A stretch of DNA of 7,670 nt, from the NCBI GenBank assembly GCA_051294375.1, contig JBJCIZ010001022.1, forward strand, positions 1-7,670, written 5' to 3'. The first letter of the stretch is position 1. Each line of letters opens with the position of its first letter. Below the pieces are notes generated by a model that saw only the letters and a list, made by a program, of their open reading frames with translations, was not told where the DNA came from and made no database searches. The translations under genes and the position numbers were made by a program. The DNA is from Paraspadella gotoi. Taxonomy: Eukaryota > Animalia > Chaetognatha. Positions 1 through 7,376 of the stretch are shown here, one piece after another.

Positions 1-423
1 AAACGATTCGAATCGATGGAGAATTTGAGAGAGAAAAAAAAAGCAAGAATTTGGCTAAAACAACCGCGGTTACAAGACGATTCTTCATTTATTGAGGTCG
101 ATTTTAAATTAAGAAAAATTAATTTAAAAAAAATGGTGAATTCTAAAAAATTTCTATTTGTTTGCGGCGGAATTTTTTTGAGACAGTAGTTTTCCTTTTT
201 GTCTTTTTTTTTTTTTTTTGTTTTTTTTGTTTTGTTGTGCGTTTTTTTATAATTTTATTTCACGTCACTCGGCGCCTTCACTCACGTCGTGGTGGACGCA
301 ACACAGTTTCAAGTGAAGAACATGATTTACTTCTTTAACAACAACGTTATTATAACAATAACATCAGTAAAGATGCTCAAGCCATGCTAAGGCTCTATTT
401 CACGCAATTGGTATTCCTACAAA

Positions 424-468
424 GGTCAACAGTTTGACCATAAATGGTCAACCGTTTTGACCATAAAC
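424..468. repeat. Tandem pair of palindromic units GGTCAA-N4/5-TTGACC-ATAAA
   Basis: ggtcaa cagt ttgacc ataaat (424-445) is directly followed by ggtcaa ccgtt ttgacc ataaac (446-468); GGTCAA and TTGACC are reverse complements. Confidence 0.8.
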
Positions 469-890
469 TAAGTTGGCGGGAAATGAGCGACGTAAGACGG
501 TTGGTAAGGTCATTGTGTTCTTTGACCAAGGTTGCGTGTTCTAGATGTTCGTCCACAATACCATGTTTGTAACATAAAAAACCTTATGGATTTTAAAAAA
601 ATAAAAATTTTTAAATTTAAAAAAAAAAACATAAACATAATTTTTTTAATTCTATAAAACTAAAAATCTTTAATTTACATTTTAATTTAACTTATAATTA
701 GTTTTTTTTACCCAACATATATTTCCAGACAAAACAAAATCTTTTCTTCTGCTCTGATTTTATTTCCACCGGCATCCTGCGCCCTCTCAAAACATCTTTA
801 CTTACCAAAACAAAAGATAATCCAAAGCATTGCCTGGCTAGTTTTGTTCAAATATTTCAAATAACAGAACTTTTAATAATTAAAATGTAA

Positions 891-1156
891 TTGATTTTAA
901 TCCGCTTTACTTTTTTAATGTTTGTTTTGACGTGTTTTTTTTTACTTACTTTTTTTCATATATTCAATGCTTTTTTTATTTATTCCTTTCTTTTTTTTTC
1001 TTTCTTTCTTTTTCTTTCTTTCTTTCCTTATCTTTTTTTCTTTTTTTGTTTAAATTTTAAAATATATTCAAAAGAATAATTAAAAAAATATATAAAGTAT
1101 AATCTTTTAAGAAAAAAATAAAAGAAGAGAATGATAAAAAATGAATAAAAAAAAAA
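891..1156. repeat. Low-complexity T-rich tract followed by an A-rich tract
   Basis: Poly-T/TTTC-rich sequence at about 901-1055 switches to A-rich sequence at about 1058-1156; this explains the Phe-rich spurious ORF 891..1079. Confidence 0.85.
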
Positions 1157-1186
1157 TCTTAAAAGCATAAAGATCGAGCCGCTTTC

Positions 1187-1446
1187 GATAGTAACCAAAT
1201 ATTGATGCGATGATAACCAAATATTGATGCGATGATAACCAAATATTGACGCGATGATAACCAATAATTGATGCGATGATAACAAAATGACTGATGTGAT
1301 GATAATCAAATGATTGATGCGATGATAGTCATTCATTGATATGATGATAATCATTCATTGATACGATGATAGTCATTCATTGATACGATGATAGTCATTC
1401 ATTGATGCGATGATAGTGATTCATTGACGCGCTGAATCATTCATCG
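1187..1446. repeat. 22-bp minisatellite, 11 full units plus a partial unit (GATGATAACCAAATATTGATGC changing to GATGATAGTCATTCATTGATRC)
   Basis: Units start at 1187, 1209, 1231, 1253, 1275, 1298, 1321, 1343, 1365, 1387 and 1409 (22 bp each, except two of 23 bp); head-to-tail with no unique spacers. Confidence 0.95.
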
Positions 1447-1476
1447 TAAATAAAACAAACAAATGCGTGTATGAGT

Positions 1477-1480
<4 letters not shown>

Positions 1481-1540
<60 letters not shown>
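1481..1540. repeat. Perfect (GA)30 microsatellite
   Basis: Uninterrupted GA dinucleotides 1481-1540. Confidence 0.98.
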
Positions 1541-1542
<2 letters not shown>

Positions 1543-1602
1543 CTGGACAGTTTTCCCGCCAACGAAACGCATTATTAGGTCTCTGTCGTTTATATAAAGA
1601 CT

Positions 1603-1748
1603 AATCAGAATTTTTAGAAAAAAAATCCACGAAAATCTCGGTCTCGCGATGCCAAAATTGGTGCTTTTGTGATTTTTGTATTGAGAAAAACAAAGCAGCC
1701 GGGAAATAAATGGCCCCGATAATAAAAGTTTCTTTAGAAAGGAAAAAA
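1603..1748 (+). repeat. Dispersed module C, copy 1 (CCACGAAAATCTCGG ... GATTTTTGTATTGA ... GGAAATAAATGGC ... GATAATAAAAGTTT ... TTAGAAAGGAAAAAA)
   Basis: The same motifs occur at about 4002-4123, 5301-5460 and 6035-6126, always next to GA-rich tracts. Confidence 0.8.
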
Positions 1749-2152
1749 ATAGAACGAGAGAGAGGGACGAGAGGAAGAGAAGGACAGAGGACGGAGAAAA
1801 GCAGGGATTAGGGAGGAGAGAGACGGTGAGAAAGAAGAGAAGAGAGAGAAGGCATTGCTTTCCCACCCAACGCAGACGCATTATAGGTCACCTCTCGCTT
1901 ATTCTATATCCCGCGCTTATCCGTCTTGCTCGCACACGCGTCGCTGAAATCCTGCGTCTATGGTGATTTTATCCAGCTCGGACTGCTAATCAGCCAGATT
2001 CCCGACTCTATAACTCAACCTTTTTATAACTCACTTTTTCGCGTCCCGTCGGTCCCGCCCCCTCAATATTGTCGCGGGCACACTCTTATATCATCAGTCC
2101 AGAAACACTCGAATTATGCAATAAACATATGGCCAATAAAAAAATGCAATGC

Positions 2153-2273
2153 TCCGTCCGTCCCGTCTGTCTGTCCGTCCGTCGTCGTCCGTCCGCGTCC
2201 GTCCGTCCGTCCGTCCGTTCCGTCCGCCCGTCCGTCCGTCCACCGTCCGTCCGTCCGTCCGTCCAGTCCGTCC
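2153..2273. repeat. Imperfect (GTCC)n tetranucleotide microsatellite
   Basis: About 120 bp of tccg/gtcc repeats with occasional GTCT/GTC variants; source of the RPSV/TDGR spurious ORFs. Confidence 0.97.
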
Positions 2274-2279
2274 CACCCT

Positions 2280-3300
2280 TAGCAAAAAAACACCAACTAA
2301 CTCGTGATTGGACTGGCATGGATTTAAATGAAATTGCTTCAATGTGGTGCGATAGCGTAAGGCTGTGTGCCATTGAGCTGGATATTAAGTCTTCGACTGA
2401 AATCGGTCCGAGTGCGAAATGAAGTTAAATGCGAAAAAACCAAAAAAACTACTATTCACTCATTTGAAACCACCAATTTGCCTTCCATGAGCTGGAATGG
2501 GCTGATTGACCCTGGACATTTTGTATGTGGGTAGCGAAAGTTGTGGATTGGAACAGGAAAATCAAAGTTTCGACTGGAATAGTTTGAGTGGCAAAAATGA
2601 GGTTAAAATGGAAAAAAACAAAAACCTGATTCATGCTTCTTTTTCCTGCTTATATTCAAATGTATCTGCAGCCATGTCATTACATAAATCAAATAAATTA
2701 ATCAGTCAATAATCAATTAGTAAAGTTAAATTAATTCAATAATTAATTTAATTAGTCAATCAATCCGTCCAAAATCCGTCCCCCCATCCTTAGCAAAAAA
2801 CAGCCTCCATATAACTCGTGATTGCGCTGGTTGGATTGAATTACAATTTGCTTCGTGCTGGGTAGGCAAAGCGGTGTGATTAAAAGCTGGATATAAGAAT
2901 TTCGATGAATGCGTGTGAGTGGAATTAGGATTTAAATGGAAAAACCATAAGCCGCATTTACAAAATCTTTCTTACCTCTATTTTAACCAATACAATACTC
3001 CTATTAATCATAATTGGACATGGAAATAGATTGACCGTTGAACATTTTTGTCGTGGGTTAGGAAAACGTCCTATGCACGAAGCTTCGATATAAAGTTTCA
3101 GTGAGAAACGTACAGTGCGAAATGAGTTTAAATTGAAAAAAAATATGAGTCACCATTTACTTGAAATCTTTCATTATTTTACCCCATGATAGCATTGAGA
3201 TGAAATTTTGGAGCCGGTTAGGAAGTAGTGAAGAAGCTAGATATTAAAGTTTTGACGCGAATGCCAAGGTGAAAAAAATTATTGCAAGTGACACAAAAAT
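2280..3300 (+). repeat. Diverged internal tandem array, about five units of 150-200 bp
   Basis: Core motif AGCTGGATAT(T)AAAGTTTCGA..GAA...GAGTG(C)GAAATGAG(G)TTAAATGGAAAAAA recurs at about 2376-2439, 2553-2618, 2885-2945, 3081-3143 and, weaker, 3235-3299. Confidence 0.7.
2685..2764. repeat. Degenerate (TAAT/CAAT)n AT-rich tract
   Basis: Runs such as aaattaatcagtcaataatcaattag...aattaattcaataattaatttaattagtcaatcaat. Confidence 0.7.
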
Positions 3301-3359
3301 GCATGCCCAAGTTAAAAAAAATCTTAAATAGCATTAAGGATCGTCGCTATTGCCCATAA

Positions 3360-3468
3360 AAAGATGAGAGAGACGAGAGAAGAAAAAGAGAGTGACGAGA
3401 GAGAAGAGAGTTTGAACGAGAGAAAGAGAGAGAGAGCTGAGAGAGAAGAGAGGAGAGAAGGGAGACAT
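3360..3468. repeat. Imperfect GA-rich polypurine tract
   Basis: Mostly GA/GAA/GAGA units on the + strand. Confidence 0.85.
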
Positions 3469-3477
3469 AAAAAATAA

Positions 3478-4395
3478 AAAAAATCTTTAAAAGCTCAGAC
3501 CGATGCCAGAGCCCCACCTATCATAGACAAATTCATGTGCAAAAAACCGGCCGAAAAAAACGACATGAATCATGCCGATAACGAATTGTTGATGTACTAG
3601 TACATTGATTGACCGGTAATACTTAATTGATTGACTTTAATAGATAATTTATTACATGTAATAGGAAATGATTATTGCCTATTTGAATGACTAATCACAT
3701 ATGATTGCGATGATAGTCATTCAAACTGCTGTGATGATAGTCATCAGTGATGCGGCATGATTGTCATTCATTGATGCGATGCCATTGCTCACTTCATTGA
3801 TGCGATGATAGTTCAATACAACAAACAAAATAGCGTATGATATGAGAGTTGAAAGACAGAGAGAGAAGAAGAAGAGAGAGAGAACGAGAGAGAGAATCAG
3901 CGAAAGAGAGAGAAGAGACGAGACGAGAGAGCAAAGAACTAAAAGAGAGAGAGCAAAGAGCAGAGAGAAGAGATGGCGAGAAAAGAAAGAGAAAGTTAAC
4001 ATCCACGCAACAATATTCTCCGCCGATGAAAAAGTATTGGGATTTGCTATTATGAAAAAAAGCAGCGACCGTATATTTAAATGCGCAATAATAATAAGGT
4101 TATATAATTAGAAGAGCGAAAAAATAACACGCATATTTTTTCTATATTATAAACAAACGATCAACGCAAAAAGCAATCGGACAATGTGAACAAGACACCA
4201 CAGAGAGACAGAGAGACAGTAGAGACGAGTGTAGGAAAAAACGAAGAACGATGCGGAGAACGAAGAGCAGACAGACCAGCCTGCCAGAGAAATGACAAAG
4301 AAGAAAGAGCGTAATATACATAATTAAAATAGAGAGAGAGAGAGTAATGCGTCTTAAGCGCCCCTTTATCTTCGTAAATAGAAATCAGCGCCAGT
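3478..4395 (+). repeat. Composite repeat, copy 2 (degenerate)
   Basis: Leader aaatctttaaaagc (3481-3494); degenerate 22-bp minisatellite at about 3575-3815 (e.g. gcgatgatagtcattca, gtcattcattgatgcgatg, ttcattgatgcgatgatag); GA tract about 3850-3993; module C about 4002-4123; GA-rich about 4200-4343. Colinear with 1150-1960. Confidence 0.7.
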
Positions 4396-4402
4396 ACTTA
4401 TT

Positions 4403-4429
4403 GGCGTCACGTCCACGAAGCGTGACGCC
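4403..4429. other. Perfect 9-bp GC-rich hairpin GGCGTCACG-N9-CGTGACGCC
   Basis: 4403-4411 and 4421-4429 are exact reverse complements; preceded by TTATT. Confidence 0.8.
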
Positions 4430-4984
4430 CTCATTCTCTACCCAAGGACCCGGCGTTCGCCGCCCCTGTTCGCGGCATCGTTTTTTACATTAGTGAAACC
4501 CACATTATATCTAAAAAATTTTTGTAAAAAAAAAAAAAAAAAAGAGCAGAGGACGAAGAGACGAGCGAAACATGTGACTAGAGAAGAGAGTTAATAGACA
4601 AGATCGGAACGAGAACGCGTCGACGTTCGAGGAGCAGGAGAGAGAAGAGGAAGGTGGACAGACCGCTGCAGAGCCGCGAACACGTTTTTAGAAGAAAGCA
4701 CAGTGATCGGAGAAAAAGAAGGAGAGAAAGAGAGCGAACCATATAATTAAAACGTTTTTGATTTTGTAAATAAACATAAACAACAATACCAATATTAGAT
4801 TATATGAAACACATGAGAATTATTAAAGATCTTGATGAATTAGAAAACCATATATGGAAAAAATTTCAACTCCCTACTGATATCACACTTTCTCAGAAGC
4901 CATCGATTGCAAAAAAGCAGATGACCGAAAGCAAACCGAAAAAAAAAATCCCTTAGACAGAGACGCGCTTTGCCGCCTGCTCAT

Positions 4985-5227
4985 AATAGAGGATATTGTG
5001 TTTTGATAAAAAGTGTAAACCAAAGACACTTATATAATCAACCTTTCCTGACTCAATTTTAAGGCACCATCGATGAACCAAGCTGAAATAAATTATAATT
5101 AAAATCTATAATTAAATAATTAATTAACTCTATTAATGAATCTAACGTATTAATTAATTAATTAATCAATTAATTAATTAATTATCGTCAGCAGCAGATC
5201 CGACATTGTTCTTGCTCAAGCTTGTTT
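4985..5227 (+). repeat. Left arm of a ~245-bp diverged inverted repeat containing (TAAT)n
   Basis: Colinear reverse-complement anchors with 7068-7314: ttgataaaa 5003-5011 / ttttatcaa 7277-7285; caattttaagg 5054-5064 / ccttaaaattg 7223-7233; TAAT tract; acattgtt 5203-5210 / aacaatgt 7083-7090; ttgctcaa 5212-5219 / ttgagcaa 7076-7083. Confidence 0.85.
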
Positions 5228-5300
5228 ACTAATACACGCATAACGCCACTCTAATTAGGTCCACTGTCCTCGACATTGTTACTTGTTGCTCCGCCAACGA

Positions 5301-5520
5301 CCACGAAAATCTAGGTTAAGTAAGTTATTGTATTTTGGGATTTTGTATTGAGATAAAATAATAAATCGTGATAATAAAAGTTTTTAGAAGGAAAAAATTC
5401 CCACGAAAAATCTCGGAATAAATGGCGATAATAAAACGTTTTTAGAAGCGAAAAAAAAAAGACGAGAGAAAGAGAAGAGAGAGAGAGAGTAGAAGAGAGA
5501 GAAAGAGAGATAGAGAGAAA
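5301..5520 (+). repeat. Module C, copy 3, with internal duplication, followed by a GA tract
   Basis: ccacgaaaatct at 5301 and ccacgaaaaatctcgg at 5401; gataataaaagtttttagaaggaaaaaa (about 5370-5397) repeated as gataataaaacgtttttagaagcgaaaaaa (about 5427-5456); GA tract 5461-5518. Confidence 0.8.
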
Positions 5521-5957
5521 ATTGTTTCTTTTTTTAGGAAGAAACCAGACCGAGGTCAAATTTATATTTGCATATTTAATTAATTTATAAAATAGTTATC
5601 ACAACTCAAATAATTATTATTTAAAAAAAACGTTAAAAATGATTAAATATATACACTAAAAATATTTTATAATTTAATTAATAGCTACAAATTATCAGAA
5701 ATAACAAAAAAAGTAATGTTTATTTTGGACTATCTATCTCTCTTATCAACTCCTATTTTAGATATAATTTGCCAAATAGTGGGCCAACCGGTCCAAAGTT
5801 TGCAATAATAAATAAAAACAAAATTTTTTTCTTATAATGTGATGCATGCAATTATATTATTCGGCGAAAGTGCTGCATATATAATGGTCTATTCAGCTGA
5901 TTTATATGTGATAATGCATTCATTATAAGTTATTCTTCATTTTTTTAAAAAAATAAT

Positions 5958-6220
5958 AAGAGAGGAGAGACGAGAGAGAGTGAGAGAAAGAAAAAGAAAA
6001 ACCGAATTTCTTTTCCAATTATATCTCAGATATAAATTGGGATTTTGTATTGAAAAAAAAGCGCGGAATAAATGGCGTAAAAAAAGTTTTGAGAAGGAAA
6101 AAATAAATCAGAATTTTTCAAAAAACGTGACGAACGATTCGTACAGAGTGAGAGAGACAGAAAGACAGAGAAGAGAGAGAAAGAGAGACAGAAAGAGAAA
6201 AGAGAGACAAAGAGACAGAA
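5958..6220 (+). repeat. Module C, copy 4, between two GA-rich tracts
   Basis: ttgggattttgtattga...ggaataaatggcg...aaaagttttgagaaggaaaaaa...aatcagaattttt (about 6035-6126), flanked by GA/GACA tracts at about 5958-6000 and 6144-6220. Confidence 0.8.
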
Positions 6221-6849
6221 AGCTGGAAGCCAGCTCCTGAAACCAGTCACTGCAGAACCTGAACTCGTTTTTTAAGGGTTTCAGAAAAAGCGAGCAACTG
6301 AACAAATATAGGAAAGAAAATCTATATATAATTTAAAGAAATAAAAAAAGGCAAAAAATATGTACAATTGTTTACAATTGGAAATTTTTCCAATTTTTTC
6401 CAATCGCAGCTTGTAAAAGACTTTAATTTATATTTGCTCATTAAAATTAGATATAGCTTCTCATTAAAAAAATCTCTTTGACGTTCCCATTTTTATTTAC
6501 AAAAATTTAAAACAAATTTTTTGAATTTCATCTTCAACTATTTTACTATACTGCCAATATGTTAAATTAGATTAAAGCATTTCCTACTATTACTAATTTG
6601 GATATATAAGGAGTACTTTAATCTCATTTGCATATTGCAGGTAAATCATAATGAAAGTTGGAAATTCAAACAAAAAATACTTAAATTCAAATGTAATATG
6701 AAAAATATCACAGCTATTTTCAAGATGAAAAGCCATATCTAAATTTTTAACCTACTCATGAGTCTCGACACCTTTTGTAAAAACTTTATCAAAAATCATA
6801 ATATATTTTATTAAAACAAACAACGGAATCACAGAGCCAAACCTATTAA

Positions 6850-6997
6850 AAGCGCGTCTAGTAGTTCTTTATATATAAAAACAGGCGTGACGGACGACGA
6901 TCTACGACGCACGACGACTACCGTCACAAAGACAGCAACCCCTAAAACATTTCATAGAGCCTGACCCGGCTTCGCCGGTCACGGGTCGATAATAAAG
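6850..6997 (-). mobile_element. Putative 5' end of a HINE/DINE-1-like element in reverse orientation (element C)
   Basis: On the - strand: CTTTATTATCGACCCGTGACCGGC-GAA-GCCGGGTCA (T-rich start plus hairpin; + strand tgacccggc ttc gccggtca at 6962-6981), a ~40 bp spacer, then a degenerate GTC(C) microsatellite (+ strand gacggacgacga...gacgac, 6889-6918). The far end was not located. Confidence 0.55.
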
Positions 6998-7067
6998 AGC
7001 CAAAAATTTTAAATTATTGAAAGCAAATTACAAAAAAAGAAAAATTCAGAAAACAAGCAGAGAATAA

Positions 7068-7314
7068 AAACAAGTTTGAGCAAACAATGTTCGGCATCTG
7101 GCCTACGCATAATTAATTAATTAATTAATCTAATTAATCGATTAATTAATTTATTAATTAATCTTTAATATGTAATAAGTAATTTTCAAAATTATATCAA
7201 TAGATCCATCATCGAATCGTTTCCTTAAAATTGGCCGTATAGGACAGTTTATGTAAATTATCGTTCTTGTCTTACATTTTATCAACAAACACAAGAACAA
7301 ACATCCTCCCTATT
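7068..7314 (-). repeat. Right arm of the ~245-bp diverged inverted repeat containing (TAAT)n
   Basis: Its reverse complement aligns colinearly with 4985-5227 (anchors listed there); TAAT tract at about 7109-7161. Confidence 0.85.
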
Positions 7315-7376
7315 CTTATTTTCATGTCTCCTTTCTCTCTCTGCTCCTCTTTAGCGTTCGCGATCTGAGCTTCTTC

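Larger units (their letters stand above)
1150..1960 (+). repeat. Composite repeat, copy 1: AAATCTTAAAAGCAT leader, 22-bp minisatellite, (GA)n, conserved module, GA-rich tract
   Basis: The same order of blocks recurs at about 3478-4395. Anchors: aaatcttaaaagc / aaatctttaaaagc; gatgatagtcattcattgatgc units; acaaacaaatgcgtgtatgagtgaaagag / acaaacaaaatagcgtatgatatgagagttgaaagac; ccacg...; gaaatcctgcgtc / gaaatcagcgcc. Confidence 0.7.
1988..3300 (+). mobile_element. Putative non-autonomous Helentron-associated (HINE/DINE-1-like) element, copy A; 3' end not identified
   Basis: T-run plus cgcgtcccg (2035-2048) with a loose inverted partner gtcgcgggcac (2071-2081), then (GTCC)n at 2153-2273, then diverged 150-200 bp tandem units. 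This order matches the published HINE/DINE-1 layout (subTIR, IR, GTCY microsatellite, tandem repeats). A homologous copy lies at 7377-7648. Family assignment is inferred from structure only. Confidence 0.55.

Noticed and set aside
1-20. 12-bp palindrome CGATTCGAATCG (4-15); AAACGATTCGA..GATGGA also matches the reverse complement of 7205-7222, and AACGATTCG recurs at about 6133-6141
   Set aside because: Too short and truncated by the window edge; similarity does not clearly extend.
901-1156. Apparent fold-back symmetry (T-rich then A-rich) around about 1055
   Set aside because: Compositional only; no specific base-level inverted alignment.
1187-1446. Possible CRISPR array
   Set aside because: Units are head-to-tail with no unique spacers, the period is only 22 bp, and there are no cas genes or prokaryotic context.
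891-1881. ORFs 891..1079, 1028..1354 and 1441..1881
   Set aside because: Translations of the poly-T tract, the 22-bp minisatellite and (GA)n/(CT)n; low complexity, no recognisable domains.
1926-2712. Overlapping ORFs on both strands (RPSV/TDGR repeats) and the ORFs at 2452-2712
   Set aside because: (GTCC)n has no stop codons in any frame, which explains four overlapping ORFs; the short downstream ORFs lie in tandem units and show no Rep/helicase or other motifs.
4403-4486. Hairpin plus T-run as a bacterial rho-independent terminator
   Set aside because: No upstream gene and no prokaryotic context; better read as a repeat-element end.
3721-6305. ERER/SLSL-rich ORFs at 3721-4111, 5311-5559 and 5980-6305
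   Set aside because: Read-through of GA-rich tracts on both strands; not credible proteins.
6361-6404. Short repeats TACAATTG x2, TTTTCCAAT x2 and hairpin AATTGGAAA/TTTCCAATT
   Set aside because: Expected by chance or slippage in very AT-rich sequence.
6400-6850. Reverse-orientation copies of the 150-200 bp tandem unit inside element C
   Set aside because: Only weak short matches (e.g. tttaatctcatttgca at about 6617-6632); not distinguishable from AT-rich background by eye.
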